64,000 bases of DNA from Patescibacteria group bacterium (GTDB lineage: Bacteria > Patescibacteriota > Saccharimonadia > UBA4664). The stretch spans positions 72,047 through 136,046 of the forward strand of contig JAQGHG010000019.1 in the NCBI GenBank assembly GCA_028288925.1, given 5' to 3'. The position numbers and the translations under genes were made by a program. Shown one piece after another: positions 9,051-17,862 of the stretch (its first letter is position 1; the number at the start of each line of letters is the position of its first letter). The notes under the pieces were generated by a model that saw only the letters and a program-made list of their open reading frames with translations, did not search any database and had not been told where the DNA came from.

Positions 9051-10028
9051 CTGTCCAACCGCCCGTTCTGCCTCTCGTTGCTGCAATAATTGGCTCGTCT
9101 CCCGCACGGCCCGGCGATTAAACCCAAATCCATGTCGTCCCCAGTTAGTTTCGATCAAGGCAACTCTTCCAGGGTCGCGAATATTGTTGCGAAGATTGTC
9201 TACCCGAAATGCCTTATCGTTCACATCAGCCAAGATAGTAGCGCTTTGATCCGGCCCCATGGGAATATGGCTCAAATCATCATTCATTTGAGCCCTTGCT
9301 ACCGATACTTGCTCCCTACGCCAGCCCAGAGGATCACGCAGTAGCCGGCCACCCCGAGGTTTCTCAAGTTCCTGTGACGCTGGATCGGTCTCGTCACTGC
9401 CACGCATTCTTCGATAGGCATTATTGACGGCCTGCCGCGCCGCATCAACATGGGTGCCCAAATATCTTCGGCCATCCTGGCCCGCCGGCTGAGCAAGCAC
9501 CACGTGCCGGAATAACTCTGGGTGCCGCGCCCAAGCCGCCACTAGTCGAATCGCGCCGCGCGACTCACCCACGGCATCGGCCTGATCGATACCCAGCCGG
9601 GCCATGACCTCAACAATATCATCGGCTTGCGTTGCGTCCATATCGGAGATTGGCGCGCTTACACCTTCCATTTCCGTAAGCTTGGCGGCCCCTGGAAGCT
9701 TGCCCGTATAACGCAGGCCGATTACCTCCCGCTGATCTTCCTCGGCGAACGTCGCCAGACTCCAAGGTAGCTTTTGGTCGCCATTAATACCCTGTACGAA
9801 TACCAGAGGAATAGCGGGTTCACCTGTGCTGGGGTCGATCCGAATACGCTCCGGCCTGTATCTCAGAACCTCGCCATGCGCAAATTCCAACGTATCTACC
9901 CGAAACTCAGGATGCGAGCCTTCCGGGCTGGGAGTCTCATCCACACCTAGTTGATCCTTCATCTCCGCGGGGGAGGCAGCAGAAAACGGCACAGGTTCTT
10001 GAGATGACTCTTCTTCGTGTGACACCAT
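9048..10028 (-). CDS. alpha/beta-hydrolase fold protein
   Basis: 326 aa; GESRG nucleophile elbow (G-x-S-x-G) plus downstream Asp/His candidates. Confidence 0.55.
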   Translation of the reverse strand: MVSHEEESSQEPVPFSAASPAEMKDQLGVDETPSPEGSHPEFRVDTLEFAHGEVLRYRPERIRIDPSTGEPAIPLVFVQGINGDQKLPWSLATFAEEDQREVIGLRYTGKLPGAAKLTEMEGVSAPISDMDATQADDIVEVMARLGIDQADAVGESRGAIRLVAAWARHPELFRHVVLAQPAGQDGRRYLGTHVDAARQAVNNAYRRMRGSDETDPASQELEKPRGGRLLRDPLGWRREQVSVARAQMNDDLSHIPMGPDQSATILADVNDKAFRVDNLRNNIRDPGRVALIETNWGRHGFGFNRRAVRETSQLLQQREAERAVGQ

Positions 10029-10172
10029 TATGCCTCCAAGTCTACCATGCTTATCCTGCGGTGCAGCACGGGTATGGCATCAAGCAAAGAGCTCCAAACG
10101 TGGCTCTTCTTGGTATGCCGCTTATGCTCTATACTGGTCACAAGACTATTAGCGAATACTGAGCAAATCATC

Positions 10173-10706
10173 ATGCCTCGCGTTAAACCCAAAAACGACA
10201 CCACTCTCCTAGCCTCGATGCCCGTCCGGCTGGCTGTTGCCACTTTGTCCCTCGGAGCCGTGGCTATCATCGCGGTCTGGGCGATCAATCAACCGCGTCA
10301 AGCCTCCGAGGCTCAGCTCTACCAGGACACGCTCAAGCAAGCCGCCGCCGCCGAACACGATCAAAACTTCTCCAGGGCCGCCGCCGTGTACCGCGACTAC
10401 CTCAAGACCGGCCACAGCCGTCCCCAAGACCATCAGCGAATTGTTTACATCCAGCTCGCCAGCGTGGAAGGCGAAGACCAGCATTATCAGGCCGCGATTA
10501 CGGCGCTGCGAGCCGCCGCCAAGCTACCCCCCGGCGAAGACCAGGCCATTATCCAAGGTCTTGCTAGCAACTATGATCTCGTGGGCGACAAGGCCAAAGC
10601 TATTACCTATTACAAGCTCGTTGTCGAGGATCTCAGAAAAAACCCCGCGCCCGGCAGTAGCTCCAAAGCCGACTCGCTGGAACTGCATATGAAGGACCTG
10701 CGATGA
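10173..10706 (+). CDS. membrane-anchored TPR-like helical repeat protein
   Basis: Start at MPRVKPK; N-terminal TM (VRLAVATLSLGAVAIIAVWAI) then helical repeats; stop overlaps ATG of downstream secreted-protein gene (ATGA). Confidence 0.5.
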   Translation: MPRVKPKNDTTLLASMPVRLAVATLSLGAVAIIAVWAINQPRQASEAQLYQDTLKQAAAAEHDQNFSRAAAVYRDYLKTGHSRPQDHQRIVYIQLASVEGEDQHYQAAITALRAAAKLPPGEDQAIIQGLASNYDLVGDKAKAITYYKLVVEDLRKNPAPGSSSKADSLELHMKDLR

Positions 10707-12637
10707 CCATGAAGCGTGTCGCCTTAACGTTATTCTCACTGGTAGCCGTCCTCGTGCCGCTCTTCGCCGCCAACCCAGCCTCCGCCGCGACCAAATCCAC
10801 CCACACCGATCCCGGCTATTTTCTACACCAAGTCGTCACCAACTGCGGCGGCAACGTCATCCAGGAAGGCTACGACGAATGGGGCCCGAGCCAAGGCCGC
10901 CAGCTGACCGCCGCCAAATTTATCAGCCTCACCCACGCCTACCTCCGCGATACCGGCAACGGCGGCCAAAACCAAGTCGGCGCCGCCTTCATCATAAACA
11001 CCATGCTCGGCGAACCCCAAAGCCGGTGGGGCGGCGCCAGCGGCCGCTCCCGGGGCATCAAAAACGCCTTCGACCGCGAAGAAGAATGGACATTGCTCGT
11101 GCGGGCCTACGACGCCAACGGCTGGGTCAACTGGGGCAACGCCGGCCATGTCTATAACGAGCCCGGCACCCACTACAAATCCACCCTCTGGCAAGGCAAC
11201 AACGACTGCGGCAGCGGCACCGCCTGGGTCCCCAGCAAGCCCAACGACGTCGCCGAGTTCCAATACTACTACGACCTCACCGGCCTCGAGCTCATCACCT
11301 TCTACAACCGCAACGGCACCCGCTACCGCATCGACCGCCACTGCGGCAACCCGCTCGGCAGCAACTCGCCGCTCCAAAACCCTTTCAGTGTCAGCCTTTC
11401 GGCCGACCACGGAGGTTCACCGACCATATTGGGCCAGGGCCAAACGTACAACCTCGCCGTCCACCTCCAAAACCACGGCCCCGGCAAATCCTTGCCCGGC
11501 CAACTCCAGGTAGAATGGCCCACCAGCAACATCTGCAAGCCCGGCGCCAGCTGCCCGCTGAACATGTCCGATCTCTCCAATGGCTACTCATCTTCCAAAG
11601 GCTTCTATAACGGCGTGGGCATATCCGACCCCATAGTGCCACCCAATCAACCAAACTGGCGCTGGGACACCAAATCTATCGCCAGTTCGGGCAAGACTAC
11701 CGCGAACGGGGTCCTCACCTTTACCACCCTGCCCAACGCCACTCCCGGAGCCACCATTACCTTTGTCGTCTTTTTCTATCCTAGGTCAGGATTCGAAAGC
11801 ACACCGCTCCGCGTCACGGTCACGTACAAAATCGACATCGTGCGTTACCCTGGTATCCATGGGCTCAGCGGCGATATCCATGCCGGAGGCGCCCTCTGCG
11901 GCCAAACCCCCGGCGCCCACAACATCATTAAGGGTAACGCGCAATCGCTTTCCTTCGGCGAGTTCCTGATATCGGCCAGCGGCCAAGTCTCAGGCGTTGG
12001 TTCCAATAATAGCTCCTCCGGCACCACCGCCACCCTTGGGGCCCACGGTAACTACAGCACGATCTGCCGGCCCGACCTAATAGCCGCCGCCAACCTCTAT
12101 ATCAACGCCAATCCTTCCAGCACTACCGACATCTCAGGGCTCACTGTTGATGTGTCTAGCCTGAATGAAGGTATCTATTACAGTAGGAGCGGGACCTTAA
12201 GGCTTAGCGGGACCTTCACCAAGAAGATAACCATCGTGGCCCTGGGCGGATCAGTCGTTATTACCAAGCCCATCATACTCAACGCGCCCAATGTCCCCCC
12301 CACCCAAGTACCCTCCATGGGCATCCTGGCCGCTAACGACATCAACATCAACGGCGCCGCCAACCGTGTGGACGCCTACCTCTTCTCTAATGGGACAATC
12401 AATACCTGCTCCGAGGGAAAAACCGCGCCCTGTATAAGTACTCTCGTCGTCAATGGTTTCATTATGGCCCATGCGCTGGTGTTTAACCGCCTCGGCCCCC
12501 TAACTGGACCAGCCGCGACTGTCGGCGAGCAAATCAATCTGACCGGCCAGCTCTACATCAACCCCCCTATGCTCTTAGATAACGCCAGCGCGATAAACCT
12601 CCTCGAAAGCCAAGGCGAAAAACCGCCCCTCCTGTAG
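10703..12637 (+). CDS. large secreted protein with conserved C-terminal domain shared with 60646..62901 product
   Basis: Signal peptide MTMKRVALTLFSLVAVLVPLFAANPASAAT; Gly/Asn/Ser/Thr-rich; C-terminal about 260 aa (from 11850) aligns with C-terminus of the pilus-locus secreted protein. Confidence 0.7.
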   Translation: MTMKRVALTLFSLVAVLVPLFAANPASAATKSTHTDPGYFLHQVVTNCGGNVIQEGYDEWGPSQGRQLTAAKFISLTHAYLRDTGNGGQNQVGAAFIINTMLGEPQSRWGGASGRSRGIKNAFDREEEWTLLVRAYDANGWVNWGNAGHVYNEPGTHYKSTLWQGNNDCGSGTAWVPSKPNDVAEFQYYYDLTGLELITFYNRNGTRYRIDRHCGNPLGSNSPLQNPFSVSLSADHGGSPTILGQGQTYNLAVHLQNHGPGKSLPGQLQVEWPTSNICKPGASCPLNMSDLSNGYSSSKGFYNGVGISDPIVPPNQPNWRWDTKSIASSGKTTANGVLTFTTLPNATPGATITFVVFFYPRSGFESTPLRVTVTYKIDIVRYPGIHGLSGDIHAGGALCGQTPGAHNIIKGNAQSLSFGEFLISASGQVSGVGSNNSSSGTTATLGAHGNYSTICRPDLIAAANLYINANPSSTTDISGLTVDVSSLNEGIYYSRSGTLRLSGTFTKKITIVALGGSVVITKPIILNAPNVPPTQVPSMGILAANDININGAANRVDAYLFSNGTINTCSEGKTAPCISTLVVNGFIMAHALVFNRLGPLTGPAATVGEQINLTGQLYINPPMLLDNASAINLLESQGEKPPLL

Positions 12638-12756
12638 GACACGCTCCACTCCAAAGAAACAGGGCCGGCATTCCGCTAATGCTTGCCGCCCACCCGCCAT
12701 ACACGGTAGGCTAGTAATTGAATTGTCCAAAGTACCAGCATAAGAGGTTTGGGAGC

Positions 12757-13893
12757 ATGTTAAGTCAGCAAATCGCCGACAAAATCCGGGCCAAAGTCAG
12801 TGCGCTGGTGAGCCAGGAGTTGCGCGTGACCGATCCGCAGGGTCAATCCTTGTCGCACACTTCTACGCTCAAAGCCGAAAGCGTCGAGATTGCTCAAGTT
12901 ACCTGGGCTATACCGTTTGCCTACGGTGGTAATACCGTGGGATACATCATCCTGGCCGAAGAAATGCCCAACCACGAGGAAATTGCTCCGCTCATCCGCT
13001 CCATCGCCGAGCTCGTAATGCACCAATCGCTCGTGCTAGAGCAAATCCCCCGCCAAGACGAGCGGCTCGACAAGTTTATCTACGATTTGCTCAACCAACC
13101 CCAACCCGAATGGTCGCTGCTCGCCGCCGAGGCCCGCCTCTTCGACATCGAGCTCGACCGACCGCGCATCGCCATCGTCATCCAAGTAGACGATCCAGCC
13201 CTCACCACCCGTTTCCAGGACCCTGCGGGCGACCGGGAGATCCGCCTCACCCGCTACAAGTTCGGCATCAACCGCGCACTCGACTCGTTCTACACCTCCA
13301 GCCGCGAAAACGTCGTGAGCTACCTGGGCGGTACCTCGTTTTGCATCCTCAAAGATCTCATCGGCACCGACGAAGTCGACCTCGGCACCCACCTCGACAA
13401 CTTCAAGAAGAGCCTGGGCGCCATCTACGGCATCCTCAAGAGCGAACTCAAGCTACCCACTACCGTCGGCGTCGGCAACTACCACTCGGGCCTCGAGGGG
13501 CTGCGCCAGAGCTACCACGAAGCCGTCTCGGCCATCGAGCTCGGCGGCCAGACCTGGGACCAGGACCGTATCTACCACATCGACGACTTCGGCGTGGTCG
13601 CACCTTTGCTTTCGGGCGTCGACGAATCCAACATTTACTTCTCCCGCGAGCTCCTGGAGCGCCTGGGCGAAAACCACGAGATCATCCAAACCCTCGAAGC
13701 CTTCTTCAACTTCGATATGAGCCTCACCCGCACCGCCGATATGCTCAAGATCCACCGTAACACCCTCGTTTACCGCCTCGACCGCATCACCGAGACGCTC
13801 GGGCTCGATCCGCGCAAGTTCGACGATGCCGTCCAGATCAAACTCGCCATCCTCTATAATCGGTTTGTGGAGCCCCATCATGCAGCTCAATAA
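12757..13893 (+). CDS. CdaR/PucR-family transcriptional regulator
   Basis: C-terminal HTH IHRNTLVYRLDRITETLGLDPRKFDDAVQIKLAIL matches PucR C-terminal HTH; start at MLSQQIAD. Confidence 0.7.
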   Translation: MLSQQIADKIRAKVSALVSQELRVTDPQGQSLSHTSTLKAESVEIAQVTWAIPFAYGGNTVGYIILAEEMPNHEEIAPLIRSIAELVMHQSLVLEQIPRQDERLDKFIYDLLNQPQPEWSLLAAEARLFDIELDRPRIAIVIQVDDPALTTRFQDPAGDREIRLTRYKFGINRALDSFYTSSRENVVSYLGGTSFCILKDLIGTDEVDLGTHLDNFKKSLGAIYGILKSELKLPTTVGVGNYHSGLEGLRQSYHEAVSAIELGGQTWDQDRIYHIDDFGVVAPLLSGVDESNIYFSRELLERLGENHEIIQTLEAFFNFDMSLTRTADMLKIHRNTLVYRLDRITETLGLDPRKFDDAVQIKLAILYNRFVEPHHAAQ

Positions 13894-15067
13894 CGCCCTC
13901 GCCAAACAGATAGCCGGCAAAGCCCACCAGGTGCTCAAACGCGACATCCTCATCGCCGACCTCTCCGGCCAACTCCTCGCCAGCCACGAGGGTCTCCGCC
14001 ATGGCTTCGTCACCGAGGCTCTGAGCGTCGCCCAAACCGGCCACTCGGTCTCGGCCGACTTCGAAGACCGCTCCACCAAATGGTGGCCCTTCATCTACGA
14101 AGAACAAACCATCGCGGTCTTCGGCCTGCCACTCGATTCCGGCCCCATCACCCAGGAAGCCATCACGCTTCTGCAGGGATTAGCCGAGGTCATCGTTTAT
14201 CAGCACTTCTTGCTCGACAAAATCCAGTCAGCCGAGCGCGTGCGCGCCGATTTCGTACAGCTCGCCCTCACCGCCCCTGCCGTCGACGCCGTCGACATCT
14301 ACCGCCAAGCCGACATTCTCCAGCTCAACCTCCGATCCTCCCAAGCCGTCATGCTCATTCACATCGACGGTCTGGAACGCGATGTGCGCCGGCGGCACGC
14401 CCACCTCTCCGCCGAAGAACAGCAGCTCCAGCTCGATGTCGTCACCGAATCCATCAATACTCACATCCGCGAAGTTTTCAAAAACTTCCAAGACAACCTG
14501 GTAGCCTATTTCGGCGACGACCGCTTCGTGCTCATCAAGGGCATCGGCGGCGACACGCTCACCACCCTCAACACCATCCGGTTCCTCACCGAAAAAGCCG
14601 AATTCGCTCTGGCCGCCGTCCAGAAACTCGATCTCGGACACACTGTCACCGTAGGCGTCGGCCAGTACTACCCCGATCTCGGCGGCCTGCGCAAGAGCTA
14701 CCAGGACGCCAAGCTCGCCCTCGAGGTCGGTTCCAAAGTCTGGGGCTTCGGGCGCGTCTTCCACATCAAGCAAGTCGGCATGTTCATCACCCTAGCCGGC
14801 ACCACCCAGGACCGCAAAGCCGAGCTGGCCCACCAGATCCTTTCTCCCCTCCTGCGCGATGAGCAGCTCTTCAAAACCGTCCAGGTCTTCCTCGCCAGCG
14901 GCCTCAATCTCACCGACGCCGCCGAAAGACTCCACATCCACCGCAACACCTTAATCTACCGGCTCGACAAGACCAAAAAGCTCATCGGCCTCGACCCACG
15001 GCACTTCGATGACGCCCTGCAGATCAAACTTGGGCTGATGTTCTATCAAGATCCCGCGGCGGTTTAG
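13880..15067 (+). CDS. CdaR/PucR-family transcriptional regulator (tandem paralog)
   Basis: C-terminal IHRNTLIYRLDKTKKLIGLDPRHFDDALQIKLGLM; N-terminal MQLNNALAKQIAGKAHQ parallels upstream paralog; start ATG overlaps upstream stop by 14 nt. Confidence 0.7.
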   Translation: MQLNNALAKQIAGKAHQVLKRDILIADLSGQLLASHEGLRHGFVTEALSVAQTGHSVSADFEDRSTKWWPFIYEEQTIAVFGLPLDSGPITQEAITLLQGLAEVIVYQHFLLDKIQSAERVRADFVQLALTAPAVDAVDIYRQADILQLNLRSSQAVMLIHIDGLERDVRRRHAHLSAEEQQLQLDVVTESINTHIREVFKNFQDNLVAYFGDDRFVLIKGIGGDTLTTLNTIRFLTEKAEFALAAVQKLDLGHTVTVGVGQYYPDLGGLRKSYQDAKLALEVGSKVWGFGRVFHIKQVGMFITLAGTTQDRKAELAHQILSPLLRDEQLFKTVQVFLASGLNLTDAAERLHIHRNTLIYRLDKTKKLIGLDPRHFDDALQIKLGLMFYQDPAAV

Positions 15068-15179
15068 CTCACTGTTCAACAATAGTATTCACCCTCTATA
15101 GCCCTCTTATCAGATAACGATCAGACTATGTCACAAAGCACCCGACCCTTTTCGTTGTAATTTTTGTAACATATAGGCT

Positions 15180-15208
15180 TTGACAAACGTGTCCAACGCA
15201 GTTAATTT
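15180..15208 (+). promoter_or_regulatory. sigma70-like promoter TTGACA-N17-TAATTT
   Basis: Read directly; about 75 nt upstream of small acidic ORF. Confidence 0.45.
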
Positions 15209-15286
15209 ACATACATTAACGACGGTGGTCAGGCAATTATTATTGCTACCTATTAAGCGCGTCGAGCTAACTAACCGAGGGTGAAG

Positions 15287-15517
15287 ATGCAAAAACGAAA
15301 TCCCAGCGACTACGACTCTTTTTTCATGGAGCTACCCCAGGCAGATTATTTAAACGACATTGAAATCCAAGACGAGTACGAAGACACACCGGAAGGAAAA
15401 TTACCAGGCCTCAGCGACGAGCAAGTCTCCGAAATAGCCCGCGATTCGCTGAACGCCGTGGGGGAGCAACCTAGCCCCTCCCCGGAACCCGATTTATTCT
15501 CCCAAGAAGACGACTAG
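15287..15517 (+). CDS. small acidic hypothetical protein
   Basis: GAGG SD 7 nt upstream of ATG; followed by clean intrinsic terminator; 76 aa, Asp/Glu-rich. Confidence 0.45.
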   Translation: MQKRNPSDYDSFFMELPQADYLNDIEIQDEYEDTPEGKLPGLSDEQVSEIARDSLNAVGEQPSPSPEPDLFSQEDD

Positions 15518-15540
15518 CCCCATTCCAACCTCATACCCTA

Positions 15541-15567
15541 GCCCGCTCATCGCGGGCATTTTTTTGG
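15541..15567 (+). terminator. rho-independent terminator
   Basis: GCCCGC-TCATC-GCGGGC then ATTTTTTTGG. Confidence 0.75.
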
Positions 15568-15686
15568 TATTGACTGTTCGGTTTCCATTCGGTATTCTCT
15601 AGATCAGAGGGTGATAGATAACACATTTTAAGACGAAGTTCGCACGAACTTTAAGGTCCACACGTGCGACGAAAGGAGTGTCCCAC

Positions 15687-16094
15687 ATGGCAGAATCAAT
15701 CGAACAACTAAGAATCTACAAGTCCGCCCGAGGCCTGGAAGACCAAGTCTATGAGCTGGTCAAACAGTTCCCCGCTGATCAGTTCTACGGCCTCGGCAAC
15801 GACCTCCGCCGCTCCAGCGCCGCTGTCTCGCATCACATCGCCGGCGCGCACCGGCTCTTCAGCTACCGGCTTAAGCTCGACGAGCTAGCAGCCATGCGCC
15901 GCGAAGCCGAAGCCACCCGCAAATACCTCGAAGATGCCCGGGAATTCGGCGCTTCAGACGAACTCCTCAAGGAGTACACGGGGATTATCAAGCAATCCTG
16001 GGGCCTCACCAAGTGGCTGCGCGGCAAGCTCGAGGAAAAGCGCGAGAAGGCCGAAGTGTCCGCCAAGGAAGAGCTCGTAGCCGCTAGATCGTAG
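15687..16094 (+). CDS. four-helix-bundle protein (23S rRNA intervening-sequence protein family)
   Basis: RIYKSARGLEDQVYELVKQFPADQFYGLGNDLRRSSAAVSHHIAGAH matches conserved core of this family; AAAGGAG SD 8 nt upstream. Confidence 0.7.
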   Translation: MAESIEQLRIYKSARGLEDQVYELVKQFPADQFYGLGNDLRRSSAAVSHHIAGAHRLFSYRLKLDELAAMRREAEATRKYLEDAREFGASDELLKEYTGIIKQSWGLTKWLRGKLEEKREKAEVSAKEELVAARS

Positions 16095-16216
16095 CAAAAA
16101 TTACAACGAAACCCAACGGCCGCCCTTACCTGGCGGCCGTTTCTGTTGGAGCTTACCTAGTAGATTTTATGCGTCACAAAAAGACGCCCATAAGTACCCT
16201 GTGTCTAAATCCGCCG

Positions 16217-17503
16217 CTAATCAAAATACCGCACGCTCCCAAACGGCACCTTATCCGGCATCGGATTCTTCGACTTCATCACCGCCGCTGGTACCAGCGT
16301 CAGCTCGCCGTAACGGTCATTCACTATGTTCATCGCGTCTTCGATCCGATCCTGCCGTACATCCTCACTCTCATATAGCGCCAGCTGCTCCGTACGGGCC
16401 GGCTCCACCGCGTAGGCCGTCATAGCCATACTCGCGACCACCTCGCCCCGCGGACCGCGCCAAAACAGCTCCAGAGCCCGCTGGTACAGCTGGTCGGCGC
16501 GGCGCACCGGCGTCCGGTACATCCGGCGCTCACCCCAGGCATACTGCCCATACATCCGGTTCCGGCGAGCCTCCTCGCCCGGTCCGGCCTGCCGCGCATA
16601 CGTCAGCCGCAACATCAGTCCGCGCGCCGCCAGGTTATTCTTGCGCAACCGCCGCGCCACCTTCACGGCCGCCTTGTACAGCAGCGTCGCCAGCTCCTCA
16701 GGATCGGCCGTCCGGTGCTCCAGCACATAGCTGCGCCCCACCGTCCGGATTCCATACTCCACCTCGGTCTCATACCCGCGCAGCTTGAGATACCAATGGT
16801 GGCCATTAACCCCCCGAAACACTTGCTTAGTCAGCACCGCCTCCGACGCCCGAAAAAAATCCAGCGCCGTATAAATCCCCGCCTCATTCAGCCGCAGCTT
16901 GTTACGCTGCTTAATATACGGCAGCTCCACCAGATCCATCATGCCGTACACTACCTCCAGATTATCCGGCCCGATCATATACAGACCGTCGGGCTTCAAA
17001 AAACCCGCCGCCACCTTGGCCAGCCAGCGATTCTGGGCGATGCCCACATTCACCGTCATGTAATCCCCCACTTCCTCGTGCACCCGTTGCTTGAGCTCCC
17101 GGCCCACATCTTCCAACGACCGTCCTTTGAGCAGCCCCCGCATACCCCGAAAATCAATAATTCCCTCATCCACCGACTTCATATACGACACCGGCGAATA
17201 GCTTTCGAAGATCGCCCGCATTTTTTTATTAATATAGCCATACTTGGCACTATCGCTCTCCACCATTACAAACCCCGGCGCCCGCAGCCGGGCCTCCCGC
17301 AGCCGCGTGCCCACGCCCACGCCATGTTTGCGCGCCTCGTATGACGACGTAATGCAAATCGCGAAATCATTATTGCGGTTGGTAATACCCACCGGCTTAC
17401 CGCGCAGCAGCGGATTAGCCTGCTGCTCGGCCATCGCAAAAGCCGAGTTGAGATCCACGTGCATAATCTCCGACGGCTCAGGATTTATGCGCAGCTCCAT
17501 CAT
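16217..17503 (-). CDS. Y-family DNA polymerase (DinB/UmuC-like translesion polymerase)
   Basis: IMHVDLNSAFAMAE (catalytic Asp, steric-gate Phe) and SVDEGIIDF (SxDE) motifs; start set at MMEL overlapping upstream stop. Confidence 0.8.
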   Translation of the reverse strand: MMELRINPEPSEIMHVDLNSAFAMAEQQANPLLRGKPVGITNRNNDFAICITSSYEARKHGVGVGTRLREARLRAPGFVMVESDSAKYGYINKKMRAIFESYSPVSYMKSVDEGIIDFRGMRGLLKGRSLEDVGRELKQRVHEEVGDYMTVNVGIAQNRWLAKVAAGFLKPDGLYMIGPDNLEVVYGMMDLVELPYIKQRNKLRLNEAGIYTALDFFRASEAVLTKQVFRGVNGHHWYLKLRGYETEVEYGIRTVGRSYVLEHRTADPEELATLLYKAAVKVARRLRKNNLAARGLMLRLTYARQAGPGEEARRNRMYGQYAWGERRMYRTPVRRADQLYQRALELFWRGPRGEVVASMAMTAYAVEPARTEQLALYESEDVRQDRIEDAMNIVNDRYGELTLVPAAVMKSKNPMPDKVPFGSVRYFD

Positions 17504-17760
17504 CCGTAATACACTTCCTTCAGCCGCCACTCCAACGTCTCCGGGTCCAGCTCCACCCGAAACGCCGTCTCGTCGCACGAAAAGCTAAAAATATGCACGC
17601 GCTTAGTCCCCCGCCGTTCGGGATGGTACAGCCCCATCGTACTCAGCCGGTACCGCCGCCCCTGCCACTTTAAGAGATGGGGCGTCACCCGCATGGTGTT
17701 ACGCGGCCCCGGCGCGAATGACGCCAGCACGCTCACCGGATCATCACATTGTTCACGCAC
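17500..17760 (-). CDS. small hypothetical protein translationally coupled to Y-family polymerase
   Basis: 86 aa ORF; its TGA overlaps ATGATG start of polymerase (ATGATGA); no recognisable domain. Confidence 0.45.
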   Translation of the reverse strand: MREQCDDPVSVLASFAPGPRNTMRVTPHLLKWQGRRYRLSTMGLYHPERRGTKRVHIFSFSCDETAFRVELDPETLEWRLKEVYYG

Positions 17761-17817
17761 CAGCGTATCCCCTTGATTACACCTCTATCCTATACCGTAC
17801 AGAAGCCGAACGCAAGC

Positions 17818-17862
17818 GCTTGACGATATTATCGAGTAGTATCAACATGCAACTACCTCACG
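17818..17862. repeat. 45-bp conserved intergenic element, copy 1
   Basis: GCTTGACGATATTATCGAGTAGTATCAACATGCAACTACCTCACG; 42/45 identical to copy at 19350. Confidence 0.8.

Noticed and set aside
17761-17852. LexA/Cheo SOS box upstream of the Y-family polymerase operon
   Set aside because: No GAAC-N4-GTTC or other clear palindrome was found. Only the 45-bp repeated element is present.
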